Part shown: piece by piece, positions 44,601 through 59,600 of the stretch
How the letters are laid out: each line of letters starts with the position of its first letter
Numbering within the stretch: position 1 is the stretch's first letter
Assembly: GCA_051294905.1 (NCBI GenBank)
Contig: CM119371.1
Span: forward strand, 24,802,001 to 24,866,000
Origin: Botryllus schlosseri
Taxonomy: Eukaryota
Direction of reading: 5' to 3'
Length of the DNA: 64,000 nt
Translations under genes and position numbers: made by a program
The notes under the pieces: generated by a model
Told to the model about the DNA's origin: nothing
Seen by the model: only the letters and a program-made list of their open reading frames with translations
The model's database searches: none

Positions 44601-47600
44601 TTCATTCATGATTCACGATGAGAAGATTATCGATGGAAAAGTATTGCTGCTGGAGGTCTAATTCTTCTTTAGAAGACATGCAGTAACACGAGTGGTCTCC
44701 CACCATCGGCCAAACTTCCAATTGTTTCTTTTTCTCGTCCTCATTCCTTCTGTGTAGCTAGTATCTTGCAGTTCCACTAAAAAGAATTCATGCGTGAGTC
44801 GCTATATTAAGCAAAGTTCCCAACCTAGAAATGACATTATAAAGACTACTAAGACAAATAGGGCAACAAAAATATAACAATTTTTGAAGTACCGGTACTG
44901 GTACATTGTGTGGTGACGGCTCCGCCTTTTAGATGATATAGCAGAGATTCATGACTTACTTTATCAAATGCAGCGGGCAAGTTATAAATGATATTGCATC
45001 TTCGTGTGGGCCAATTATTATTAGTCATGCACTTTATTGCATTCTGTTATTTCTTGACCCCCGATCAGGATTGTCCATCATATCGGTAGTGGAAATATAT
45101 TGAAATCACCCAAATACACCATAAAAAAAATTCTTTCGTGAGCACACTATTCTGATTCCTGGTCAGATTTAGAAGGGCGCTACTATATTAGAATCGAAAA
45201 ATTAAGTTATGTTGAATTGCGTGGAGCGCGAAGAAAATTTCAAGAATAATTAAAATCTCTAAAAAAATTGGGAGTGAATTAGTAATTTCAATTTGCATGT
45301 CGACGGATGCTAACACATACTAATTGAATTAGGTGTTGGCAGCCGCACAAATTCCCATCTACGGCAGCAGGTTGCCCATCCCTGATCTAATAGTATACAT
45401 ATGATATGTCTTACGCCAAGTTTGAATCCGTATTCCAGTCTTTAACATTTTTGACAAATTTTCCCAAACTTGTTTGAAAATAGCAAAAAAGATTGGACAG
45501 GACATCAATTTGTTTCAAGGTAGGTTGCACTGAGACTAACCCTAATACTTGTAGTGACTACAGAGAACAACACGTCGTTCTGTACTGCCATGCCCAATTT
45601 GATCAGTTTTGGAATTGAATTGAATTAAATTATGTTGATATAGGGTAGCTTAATTGAGGGCGAAACCGAGCAACCTATATTGCATCTAAGTCTGTCTTAC
45701 GCAGTGCAGTTCGCCAGCTATTAACAACAGCTACCCAGCGCAACGAGCTTTATGCTACTGCCAAAGCTATGAAGTAATGAATGACTTACACGTGGGAATT
45801 CCTCTAAATCTTCAAAGAATATCACAAATTTGCTTAAATGAAGTTGAGCGCGACTGCTGGAGTTTGAATCTGGCGAGGTTTCTTGAATACGAAATAAGTT
45901 TCATCTTCAACAATCGTCTTCTGAAAATGGTTATGAAACACGTGTTTAGTCAGAATTCATACAGACTTAGTCAATTTCTCGCGTTCCCCAGGTTGAGAAC
46001 CACTGATCTTATATATTGAAGCAAAAGGTTCCTCATTTGAGGTGGCATGTGTGCCAAACAGGTCCAGCAGTGGGTGGAAACATCTCTATGCTATGGCCCA
46101 AAAATGACATAAACATGCCAACAGTTTCAACTACTCCGCGGCAGAGTATGTGGTGTCACAGGTCAGTATATAGGTCGACTAACATCTCAAAATAGAACAG
46201 AGAATGCGGCGAATGAGATATTTCAATCATGAAATCAAAGTCATCCCGGTGGTGTGCACAGTCGTAGGTAGACATTCACGGTAACAAATACTATGTAGTA
46301 CTGTACCTTTTACGATGCGTATCCCAATCAGCATTCCTAGGAATCTTCAACGATCGTGTCCACTTTCTTCAAGCACAAAAAGCTTCGCGCAAAAAGCTCA
46401 AATCTCAATAATGGCCAGACGACGACAGGGTTGCCAGACATCTTTTGCGAAAAAGGGCCAAACAGCGCCGGAAAAGGGGCCAAAAAGGGCCAAATTGTTC
46501 AATAACGTCAATAACGTTGCAACATTACCCATAGACACCTGGAATTCCAGTTATATATTGTTGATACTGTTGTAGGACACCAATTCCACTACCTGCAACT
46601 ACACTGGATCCAACTACAATAACTGCTTCCTTATTTCAAGCCTTTTCCGACCGAATATAAAATCGTAAATAAAACTTTTTGTGCCTTTTTCTGCTACATA
46701 GCTTCCAGCCATGTTCGATGCTTTTTCGTCCACCTGTTCACAAATCTGTATTTACAATTCCAACACAGTCTTCATTCTACGAAAACAAATCCAAATCTTC
46801 TACAGTGTTTCCACTCGAATCTTTGACATTGGCATAAACATTGTCAGGTCAATTTGCGAGATAGATTTATTTGGATACTTAGTTTGACCGTATGTCTCAA
46901 CTGCTTCCAAAAAGGGCCAAAAATTGAAAATAAAAGGGCCAAGAGGCTAAATTAATATTTTGGGGGCCAACTGCCTCTAAAAAGGGCCAAATTTCACGAA
47001 TTTGGCCCCAAAATGGCCAATCTGGCAACTCTGGACGACGATACGACACTCTAGCGATTTCAAAATAAGTGGTATTCATCCGCTGACATGCCACCAATAA
47101 TATTTACTGGCCACTGCGTTATAATGTTTTATTCAGGTCGTTTATTTTTTACAGAAACATTTATCATTACATCTAGTCCCTTCCTTTCCCATCTAATTGC
47201 GCATAAATTGATATTTATTCCATGTGTTTTCACTACTTACCGTACTTACTTATAACCAGACGCTGCTTGTGATGTCACAGTCGTGCGTTGGTTGTTTACT
47301 ACGAATCTCAGAAAAATCAGTAACGCGTAACGGTAACCTAATGGAAGCTATTACAGGTCGCTTTGTTCGCCATTAACAACTGGTCGACTTAGCATGCGGT
47401 GCTGATATTTCTAGTTTCCCGAACAATATTATACATCCTAAACTGATATTCTAACTCATCAGTCCTATCCGTGACAACAGATGTAACCAGCGAGACCGGC
47501 CGTATAGCCACAGCCTTATAATATAATATAGTGGCTATCTACGATTGTCAGTTGTTTCTTTTACCCCACTATGTACTATACTGAAATTGGTACTAGGGCC

Positions 47601-50600
47601 AACAATTTCCGTATGACAGACCCCAGTCTCGCGAACGAGGTTGAATCAGGTCAAATCAGGTCAATCATATTACCACTATTGACAATTGAGTTGGTGAATA
47701 TATCTCTGACTCTTGATCAATGTTCCCTCTTATTTTTGACGAGTCTGCGCACACTCGACAATTTATTGCGCAAACCCTTGGACAACAGTGCGTAACGACT
47801 AAAAAAAGGTCATCACTTCGGATTTTTTGTGCGCAACTTGGATTTTCTGTGCGCAGAGACCGCGTCAGCACTGCGCATTTGCGCACGTGCGCAGCTTAGA
47901 GGGAACATTGCTCTTGATCTGTTTTAACGACTGTACGCAATGCCCACACGTGAGAAATGGTAACAAAATGTCATTGATTTGTGCAGCGAATAAATCCCAT
48001 CCATGAGCATGAGCATTGCACTAAAATTTATGTATATGTATATTAGGGTTCTTCAAAATTTGGAAAATCTTAAAAAGTATCCGTGATTGTGTCTCATTCT
48101 ATAGATTATTGATAAAAAAAAAACTATTAGCCTGAAAGAAGCTAACAGAAATGCCGTTAAGATTTCGGTCAAAGCGTTTGAAAGTAGCTGCTCAAGAATG
48201 GGCGTGCCACCGACCATAGAACGGCGAGAAGACTAGTAATCAAATAACAACGGCTCTTGTTCTGCTAATCGGCTATGCTTCAATGATCACGGCGGCAGCA
48301 GCTTGCTGATTAGGTGTTCAAGAAGACTGCTACGGGCGGGGATTCTGAGTGCGCATTGTTAGTATTTTGGCAGGTGATGATTTAAGATTAATTCAGGACA
48401 TGTTGAGTTACGAAATACATGATGAACAAACAACACCTGCTTCTCAGAAGCTTTTACAGCACGACTGCTTTATTGTGAAGGAAACGGCTGAAGCCTACAT
48501 GCCGTGTTTTCATCGAGATAAAGCAAAGGCGCTTATGCAAGTGTTGAGCGAATTCACCGTTTCAGTACGGATCCATTATCAGTGAATACAAATATATAAC
48601 GCGTAACAATGACACTATACTTTGTGTGATCTTATTTGGCTGAAGCTGTAGTATATAGGTGACGTTTTGAATGCTCTAGGAATCGGCGGAATCAGCCGGT
48701 TATGTTTGGCACTAATCAGACGCCTACAGCAAATTGAATGCACTTGTAGGCGTTGTTAAAGTCATTAATGATAACGCAGAAAATAGGTGGTAATGTACGC
48801 ACACTCGCACAGGCCATGCTGGATATGGTATGTCAAAGTCCTTATTAATCCCGCTGAAAAGAGGTGTGAAGAAAAGCACAGACTATGCTGCATATAGTAT
48901 CCAGCAAAGTTTGGATATGATATAAAGCATAGCCTGTGCTTACCTTGCACCTCTTTTCTGCAGCATCATTAAGGACTTTGACAACTCTTATAAGTGAATT
49001 CAATTTGCTGTAAGTATAACTGCCAAGCACAACCGGCCGATTCAGACGATCCCCCAAAGTATAGTGTCATAGTCAAGCTTTATTTGTATTCACTGATGAT
49101 GGATCCGTTCTTAAACGGGGAATTCGTTCACCACTTGCATAAGCGCCTTTGCTTTTCCTCGATGAAAACACGGCATGTAGGCTACAGCCGCTTCCTTCAC
49201 AATAAAGCAGTCGTGCTGTAAAAGCTTCTGAGAAGCAGGTGTTGTTTGTTCATCATATATTTCGTAACTCAACATGTCCTGAATTAATCTTAAATCATCA
49301 CCTGCCTAAATACTGACAATGCGCACTCAGAATCCCCACCGGTAGCAGACTTCTTGAACACCTAATCAGCAAGCTGCTGCTGCCGTGATCATTGAAGCAT
49401 AGCCAATATGCCAATCAAGAGCCGTGGGTATTTGATTACTAGTCTTCTCGCCGTTCTATGGTCGGTGGCACGCCCATTCTTGAGCAGCTACTTTCAAACG
49501 CTTTGACCGAAATCTTAACGGCTTTCCTGTAAGCTTCTCTCAGGCTAATTGTTATTTTTCATCAATAATCTACAGAATGAGACACAATCACGGAGACTTT
49601 TTAAGATTTTCTAAATTTTGGACAACCCCTTATATATATGTATGTTTATGTATATCTAGTTTCATCATCCAAACTCTATCACAGGCCTTTATCAAAATGT
49701 AAACGCGTGAAAAAAGCATCATCCCCCTCATACATGCCTGGAACACAATGTTTGGTCATAAGGCAGTGTCGAAATTTGCCACCGTTAATACTGTAAATTA
49801 AAAGATGGTCGAAATTTCAATTAAAGATCGCATGGCCTTTACTGGTGGGAATTGACTGAAATTTGGAGTCTAGCGTTTTTCAGACAACCTGACAATTTTA
49901 TCCCTAAGCAAGTGAAATTTGGAAAAAAAGTGATTTTTGAACAACCCCACTGTATATATTTGGCATACGTGATACGTCTTCCGGCTGGAGCTCATGAAAA
50001 TGCATGGTGTCTTCGAACATTTAGGAAACCCATGCCATCGCACAGTTGAGACTATTCATGTTCCGGGTGGGTCGACATTATTTTGCTGAAGAATGTTGTT
50101 ATTTCGTGAACTCCGGTGAAGATTGTGTCAGGCTATACTCAAAAGGTTCAAAATTCGTATTTCATGACTGGGTGATGTGTTTTCCTCTTCGTCCCGCATT
50201 CGTACCGCTGGGCTCGGCCTTCAAGGGCAAGACTATTCGTTACCGTCATTTTAGAGCCTATCTTATCGACAGTTTGGACATGAAAAATTTGGTAAATCAG
50301 TTACAATTCTACAGCAGAATTCCTCCCTAAAAATTACAAATTTCTCCCTGACCCGAGTCACTTTACAAAAATGTTGGTTGGGTCGTGTCCAGAGGAGTCA
50401 ATTTCAAGTCATCAAGCAGACGGTGTTGACTTAGTGTCTGTTGTACGCACGTCGTACATATTCTCGAAACGCCGCTACGACCTGTTAGAGCAGGGGTGGG
50501 CAAACTACGGCCCGCAACACCGTTCTGTGCGGCCCGCGAGAGAGTCTAAAGAAACTTTTTGAAAATATTGATTAAATGCGTACTAAAAATCGAATTATTG

Positions 50601-53600
50601 CAGGGACTTGACTGACTTTTTCTCAGTATGTTTCACCATGATATTTCTAAGACAGTGGTTCTCAAACTGGTGGGCACCCCCTCCCCTTGGGAGCGTGAAA
50701 GCATCTGGAGGAAAGCGCGAAGCTGAGCTTGACTAAAAAAAATTCGTCTTCCGCGCGATTTACATCCAGTTCATAGTTGTTGCACTGTATTTAATCTGAA
50801 TTACATATTTAAAAATCTCTCATCCACAGTCGTAACCTTCCACGCCATCAAACTACCCATTGGGTAACTATTATCCATTAGGTTTGCTAGCATCCTGGTT
50901 GCATTTTGTGATGTGACGATAAGGGGGCGCGAAATCTTTCACCATCATAAGGGAGGGGGGGGACACGTCTTTAAAAGTTTGAGAACCACTGATCTGAAGT
51001 AAATACTTATTATCACAGCGGGATAGCTGCAACGAGATTGAAATAATTTGGATCGCGAGTGAGATTTCAGATTTGCCACTCCATTTCTAATTATTTCAGT
51101 GATATACTTATAAAAACCTATCCGGGCGTGTCTTAGGTAGATTCGTTGTCTGTATACGTATAATTAGGGTATTTATATTTTATCTACACATAGTAGAAGG
51201 GTGGGGGCTAACATAGTTATGATGCTGTCAGCATTGTGTGTCTTGGAACTGAATCAAAAGTGGAATTAGTAAATCTATGAACAGATCGCTGCTCACAGAT
51301 TTAAATTTCAATCCTGTTCTAAGAATCGGGCCAACCGACTTTCATCTCTATATAGTTTTGACAAATTGGTTATTGAGGTCCGCCACTATATGTTTCTGAC
51401 GCGTGTACGATATCATCGAAGCAATGTTTGGCTTTTTTTAAATCAGCATATATATTATCTCCATGTCCTCATTATATAATCAAATATCAATATTGCGTTT
51501 TGGTTAATAATCCCAATTTTAAATAGTGCGGCCCGCGAATGGATTCAGATGTTGAATGCGGCCCGCCAGCTCAAAAGTTTGCCCACCCGTGTGTTAGAGT
51601 AACCAGTCAATAAACGATTGTGCAGCCTGGTTTTACTCGGCCTCCCATCATTGACACCGAGTTGCGACAAGGCAGCAAGTGCACACTGAGAGCAGAGTTC
51701 TAGTGAAAATGCATAAAGAGTAGAGTTATTCACAGACACGAAACGCCTACGCGAAACCGTTGCATGTAGGTTACATGGAAAATATAAGAGTTACACAAAA
51801 ATACAATTCTAATATCTGTGATCGCTCTGCTGCATCACTTCAGACCGAAAAGTACCTCGACCAGATCCTGCCGAATGAACCATATTCCAATGCCCTCGTT
51901 TAGAGGTAAATAATGATTATATTGCATTCCTTACAACACATACGATGGGCTAACGCCAGATAGAAACTACAAATGTACAAATGGAGCTTAGAAGTTTGCC
52001 AGCTTATATCGCAATAAGTTTATCAATTCCATAGTTTTCGAATAAACGTATTGCTGTAAAATAACTACTACGATCCGTAATGTAATGTGTATGTATAATA
52101 TTACGTATATGTCACATTCGTATTATCTCGACAATTAGAGAGAGAGAGAGAGAGTCTTTATTTTCATCGAACCAAAATACATAACAAACGGCAGTGATGG
52201 TGGTACAGAAAATATGCGTGCACAGTATTCGGTATTAGATAGGAATGATCGATAAGACCGTGAAGGTCATCTAGTCTGATCACACCAGCATCAAACAGGT
52301 ACACTTGACTCAGAACAGTCTGGCTGTAAAAAAAATGTTTAGTTAGGAAAGGAAAATAGAAAAAAATTAAACAATGGTAGCAAATGATCAATGAAGCAAT
52401 GTCTGGGCGAGGTAGAGCAACAGTGTTAGTGTAACGACAAGAGGTGATCAAGTAGGGCTTTTTTGAATCTATTATAAGACAATTCACGGATATGTGATGG
52501 TAATGCATTCCAGATGATAGGTCCCGAGTAGTCGATAGATCTCTTAGTTAGGTTGCTATTGGATTGGGGTGAGTAGACGTTTCCTTTAGACGAAGATCTC
52601 GTGTAATGGGAATGGACATGTTTAGCAGGTATGAAAAAATCATCAAACACAGGAGGGAGACTATTGGAAAAATATTTGTGAACAACTTTTGATACTTCGA
52701 AGCGATACAGTTCATCAACTCGCAAAATTCGATGCTTACGGTATTAAGGCGATAAATTGGTACATAATTAGCACCGAAACTAAATGAATATATACATATA
52801 CGAATTAGATCACTACGATCGATCACCATTTAGGAATTCACGAAACCAGTCACAATCCTTCTGCCGTATAAAATTATGCTTCGACAGAGCATTGCCTCTC
52901 TGACAGGCTTGAGTATTTGGTTGCCATATTCAATATAATTTTGTGCTAGCATAAAGCAGGTATCGAGGTATCGAGACCCTTGTGGTAATTAGTGATTTGC
53001 CTATGCTCTGGGAGTCGAGGACAGGAAAATTAAATACCAATGATTGTTAGTGGTGCTATTGGTGGTTCACTTTAGAAGATTTTAATTCATATTTCTATGT
53101 AGAAAAAAAAACACCTTTGAGGAATGCATACCCAACTAAAATGTATACGAACAGTCGACGAGTCGCTTAAATCGCCAGCTTGCCAAGCGTAAGCCTGGCG
53201 TCAGACCGATACTATGAATATTAAACGGTCGGGTGCAAAGAAATCAATAGGATGGATATCACATGTCAAATCTTCGAGTGGGTCGGTATATTGCTATGTG
53301 GTAACCGTCACACCCGGCGTGAGAGCCTAGTGCTAAAATCCACAGCTGTCACAACAACGTGTTGCGGAGTCGAGTCCGACCGAGGTCGACTCCAGAATTC
53401 CTTCCTAAATGTTGAAGGTTTATCTAGACTCGTCCGCGTAAGCGGTGTCTTATGAAAAGCTTAAAATTGAGCCGTGCTACAACTTGGCAGCTAAGGAAGA
53501 AAAATTAGGAATATTGGCTCGATTCAAGTGACTATATAGTAGTCGATAAACAACGTGGAAACCACAAAAAACAACAGCACACCCGGTGCGGCTGAATAGC

Positions 53601-56600
53601 ATTCAGATCATTGCTTTTTTTAACGTTTTCTGAGCACAATCCGCACTTTTGTGCAAAAATAATTTCATCCCAATAAAATTGTTATAGAAACAGAAACTGA
53701 AGATACGTATCTATATTATAGTCAGGTGTGTTACAAATATATGTTCCAGTTTGGGCCATCAAGTTTCACATTAAATGAATAACTCTTTTCCCTCATTTTG
53801 ATCTCAACGATAATGCACTAAAATTCTTTTCGGTAAAACAAGTGTATGGCTTAGTACAAGGATTTCAAGTGCTTCGATAGTCATGTCCGTATAAGAACCA
53901 TCCAACACTCATATCCAAAATTTTCCCAAGTGAAAAATACTCGCTGTTTCGAAGTTTTCATGAACGCATGCAGTTCATAGAAGGGGTGCCGAACCCACAT
54001 GTTTGTTTTATTGCTTCAGCCTGAAGACTTGAAAAATAAGCTCCAAAGCATTGATGAAAGTTGGTACATAAGAGCTCGATGCCTTATAATACACGTATCT
54101 TTTTTTTAAATCAAATTTTCAATTCCCTGTCCCACGAGTATTGCAAGGGCAAAGAAATTCACAATACCGTTGTGTTCGGCTCTTCATCTAAATATTTCAA
54201 GAATATCCATAGCAGTGCAATAACCTTCAATAACGGGTTGAATTGAATGGTATTCAACCGTCACTAAAGTTCACCACGGAAAAATAGATCGTCAATTCAT
54301 TAGCATTCCATGATGTTTTGGTTAAAAAGACGGGTGCTAATTTTGTTACATCAGTTTACCGTAAGCCTACATTCAGTTGGCAATACATCGCGCCATTCGC
54401 GTCTGACCGCCGAGGTGTGCGGACGTGTCTAGATTGAGCAGCTCGTCCTGCAATCAGCGTCGAGAGCTTGTTGCGAGGTTTCGGGTTTCTGGTGTGAAGA
54501 CTTACTTATAGTAGTACTCTAGCGGTATTCGGATAGGATTACTTGCAGTGACAAGTTATTAGCTGTATAAGCCACCATTCCGCCTGATAGCAGCGGATGT
54601 TGGTAACGATGACACGGAATTTACTGTTGTCACATCAAAACGCAGTAAAAAGGGTTCACAAAGCAAGTCGGATGGTGATAGTCCGCCATTGAAATCAATG
54701 AATAATAAGTCTGAGGCAGTCTATTCTGGCCGCTCAGCCAATTCAGCTCGCGCCGAAAATTTGAAAATAGTTGTAAAGGGTAAAGAGAGGAAGATGAAAC
54801 ACTATCATCCTACCACAGTGAACAAGTGCTTGCACGCAGTGATTGGTAATTATGACGGGATCCGTGTCTTCCCGTCTGGAGACTTACTCGTCACCTGCCA
54901 CAATCGCACGCAGGCCGATAAGCTCCTACCTCTAGACATGTTCACGGACGGAGTAGTGTCAATTCCAGTTAATACCGGATGTTACGATGAGAGTAAACTG
55001 CATCAGCATGCGTCTAGGGCCATTGTCCGAGGTGTGCCAGCTGATATGTCAGAATACGAAGTTGTTGAATTCCTCAGCGAATCACACGTGTGCTTTGCTA
55101 AACGGCTAAAACGCAAGTCAACTGATGGCTATGTTGCTAGTTTGTCAATGCTGCTCGGGTTCAATGTTCCAACACCTCGAGATGAGTTGTAAATTGGATA
55201 TCTTCGATTCAAGACCAATCCCTATAATCCTACCCCATTGAGGTGCCACCGATGCAATCGATTCGGTCACACGAAGGCAAATTGCGGTGTAAGAAAAACG
55301 TGCTCCAAATGTGGGAGTCATGAGCATGAGCATCATCAGTGCGATCAGGAAAAGAGATGTGTCAATTGCAAAATGCCCCATAGCGCAGCTTACGGTGGGT
55401 GCCCAGTGTATAAGAGGGAAGCCAAAATACAAATAATTCGAGAACGAGAGAGTCTATCGTATGTCGATGCTAAAGCGAAAGTATCGCGTGTCGATGCTAA
55501 AGCGAAAGCACCAGAAACATCTTAACCCTTTCAATGGGGGGCCAGATTTTGCAGAAGTGACCATCACTTTGCAAATTCATACCGTGACCTCACCAAGACC
55601 TTAATCTGAGCTGTTCCAGTTTAAAAGTGGCCGGAGTATAGCCGTCTGCCGTTTCAACCCTTGATCGACACCTCATGCCATGTCTAGGGTTCTTTATACG
55701 ACTAAATATACAAACTTTTTCTCTGAAAAATATCTTTCTCTCTCTCATTTTTCCGTGACTGACCCCCAGGATAGCGTCAGAGTCAGAAATGATGCCTCAG
55801 TGCGTAGCCACCGTTGCCTGGTTTCAAACAAGCCGCGCGGCTCGCCAGATATCGAAAATCAATAATACATGAAAAATTTACATATGGGCGTGGTCAGTGA
55901 GTGGTCATAATAGTCAAGTTCAAGATCAATACCGAACCGGACCCCTACCACTCAGTTAATGGCATGAAACAACGTGGTATACTTTCTCCTGTCATAACTC
56001 ACTATTTGCAGACATAGTTAACCAGTTTATGACTCGTTTACGTATTGAACTTGGCCATGTTCTTGAAAATCATCGAAGCGAGACCACAATTAAACAAACC
56101 CCCTGTTCCAGGGCTCTTAGTACCAGGGCACTTGGTCGGATCAGATAGCTAGGAGCAGCCAAAATAAACCTCCCACACTTGGGAAGGAATTCTTGAGTCG
56201 ACCTCGATCGGACTGAAACCCGGAACTTATTGGTGTTGCAGCTGTGGATCACACCATTCAGCTAGCTCGTCACTTATTTGATCGAATAATTCGAACTATC
56301 TGGTATCTGGTGAAAGACCATGTTGATATGTCGAACTTTTTGATTTGGGCACAATGCACAAGTTACTATAAATCGGCCTCTCTCGACATGCGGTGCTAAA
56401 AGAACACAGATTAGAGTAGGAGACTGAGTCAACTGTAACGGAAGAAATGTCGACTCAAAATCCTATCACTCCGGAATTCGATTTCTCCCTCCACCATCGA
56501 AAACTGAAGTCATTTGTACAGTAAATCCCTAATATCAGAAACATTTAAAACATTTCATATTCGAAAGAGATTAACGACTCAATTAAATACCGGAATTTTA

Positions 56601-59600
56601 CTACTTTTCTACACTTAAGATTGATTTAAGGTGGTTGGGACGGGAAAAAAAGAAATTATCAATAAACTTTATCATCATTCGAAAGTTAAGATTATTATTG
56701 GAATTTCGATACCTATTTACTTTTATGCGGTCGTAAACGTGGGCGAATATAGTTCGAACGTGCGGAATAGTCTTCATTCCCACCTTCTGATTTATTCCCA
56801 GCCTTCATTACCCACCAAGACCGTAACAGCGGTTCGTGTGTTGGTCTTGCCCCCCCCCCCCAGGGTGATAAACCAAACAAAGGTCCCAAGAACCCCTCAG
56901 TCTCCCTGAGCCTGTATGCTTTCCCCGTTACTTATCAGCTACATTAAGTCTACTGTTTAGTGCGACGGCTTATTTCGACTTAACGCTCAAAGCGCGAAAA
57001 TATTATATAATTCATGTTTGAATCGGTCAATATGATCAGGAATTGCATGTATTTTACCATCAATATTTTATTCCCTCTCTGCTCACGTAATCAGATTTAT
57101 CGGTAGAGCTGAGTGAAGTAAGGTAAGACCCCTAAATAAGTATTAAACATCTTCGGGCGGACCCGTTGGTATATTGACTTCGTTACATTATGCTATTTCA
57201 TGACCTCCTATATCTGCTATGTCAAAAGATACGGAAATCGCCGAAACTAAAAGGCACACACGATTTCAAATTGGTATTGCCTTACTGGCAAATAATTTTT
57301 CCCTGCGTGATGGCATTCGTATTGTGGGGTTCAGATCGCAAGGACAGGAACATTTGGCGCAAGCCATTTAGCCCCCTATGGACAATTAAAGATATATGTA
57401 TATTGTATATATAACATAACATCATTGGGTTTTATTTTTTTATCTGAACAAGTCACACACAACGTACAATGCGATAAGACACAATGCGATGTCATGAACA
57501 GATAGGAGGATGTCGAACGACACGCATCAGTAGCGATTATTTATTCCAACATCCACCTCGGCCTAGAGTGCCCGATGTCACAGTTCTTTTCTATGATGAT
57601 CTTTTTTGAAGCCTTTCTACTAGTTCTTTCCATTCCTTGTGAGTGCTTTCTTTCGTCGAGTCTTTCACTGGGCTTTTTGTCATCGTAAGAACGGCAACAG
57701 CGGGGGAAAAGGAGCCCAGATAAACCTCCGACGGGAATCCAAGTCGGTCCGTCAGATTATCGTAACCACTACACTATCTCCCCCGAAGTTTTCGGTCAGC
57801 ATAAGGACATTCTTCGGCCAAGCTCTTCTCGCTGCTGATCGTTCTGGCACACTTCTCGGGGTCGCATGTTACATGGCCTGTAACTTCATATGTCTTGGTG
57901 CGTCGTGGCGCAGTAATGGCCGCCGCCGAAGTCTCCATTTCTATAAAATCTACGTATTTTCGTGGGGATGGTTACGCAATAATCGATATATTCGGCAATA
58001 TTAAATCGCGACCCAAAGCGAAAGCTTTTTGAAAAAGTAGCAAAAATTTCCCAAAAAATACTCTATAATTTATGTTAATTCACGATATAATTTTGGGCCC
58101 CTTCGAGCTCGCCCTACAATTGGGGAGTTACGGTCCTGTTCCACACTAACCAACACTTTTTTCATCACAGAGTAGCTATTTGCTGGTATGACTACACAAG
58201 ACACCCAACCACACCAGTACGCAAGACAATCGCCTCTAACTGCAACATAAAACGTATTGTGAACCGATACCAATAACGGTCAAAATTTTGTCACGTCAAA
58301 CTAGTAGTGCTGGATGCGTTTGTGACACAATGGGCCGTATGCACCAACATGTTTTGAACCCAAACTGGAGCTCAAACAGGGGTTCAGGAGATATTTCCAA
58401 AGCACCAACACCGAAACGTCAATGATCTAGCGTTCACTCGCGCCGAATTTGATCGAAAAGTAAACAACCGCGGGAGGTTGTTTAAAACGTAGATCAGTGC
58501 TTTGGCTTGATTGTCGCTGATCGTGGTCTCCTGTTTCTCGCGACTGGTTGACTGTAAATTGGTTCATGGTGAAGACGTAGGTGCATTATTTTCTATCTTT
58601 CCGTAAATTAGCAGACTTTCTAAGCTGTAGGAATAGATTTTATATGTTTCCGAACCCAGTTTCACCAATGTGAGGCCGAATGGCTTACAGTTTACAGTTG
58701 ATCGGTATACAGGTATCAGCGAGTTTAGTGGTGAACCAGGAAATCCATATGCCTGCCTCAAGGTACTGGTAATGAAGATGTGATATTCTTGTCTTGCGCC
58801 TTGTAGGTTTGAATGAAAGACCTTAGGGTCAAAAATATATGGAAATTATGACCAAGTCTGACGTCTGTAGGTATACAGTGTACAGTTTTTGAAGTACCCT
58901 ACGGGGTGCAATGGATGAGGCGTTTTCCCAATAAAGCTTGATATATTTCACCATCATTGAAGCTATGTCAGTACAGCCGATATTACAGTAGATTGTCATC
59001 ATAGCCCAAATGACCGGGTTGGAATCCCGGTACGTTTAGCGTAATATATTTGGTGTCCCAAGACGGTTTTCAGCGTCACACCTGTGTGTATTAGTAGAAT
59101 CTTTGATGTACACGAGACACCGATTCCATATTGGCGAAATGGAAAGCACGGCATGTCATGAATTGCTGAATCCTCTTTTATGTAACTGTTTCAAGTTTAG
59201 TATGAAGTATGAGTACGGAATTTAGTAAAATGGACCTAATACAAAACTGAAAGTAGATTTGCTTGATAATGATGTAGGTTGTCGATTGAGTAGTGGGAGC
59301 AGAAATTGTATGGATTTGTACTAGACGTCAGGAATCGTGGTCCTGTGATTTGCGCTCGCGGTCGGCTGTAGATAGGTTGGTTTTGGAGCCGCATGTCTTG
59401 CAAATCTCTATATTATAGTAATTTTACAGGTTTTAGGTTACATGAGTGAAATATTACAACAATAAAGCGTTTCACTAATCTGGAGATTCTTGGAATAGGT
59501 CACAGTCAATGAGTACCGGCATTATCAAGTGATGTCGGCCAAGAGACCATCCTCAAAAATGTGCATAATATGCAAAAATATTATGTTGGAAGAAGACACA

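Noticed and set aside
53320..53410. tRNA gene
   Set aside because: There is a B-box-like motif but no convincing cloverleaf; it is attached to a repeated body, so it is a SINE head.
52137..55525. LINE 3' fragment (-) and ORF1 fragment (+) as one twin-primed inverted LINE
   Set aside because: They are separated by 1.6 kb that includes a SINE and host-intron homology, and they appear to be from different clades (CR1/L2 vs I-like).
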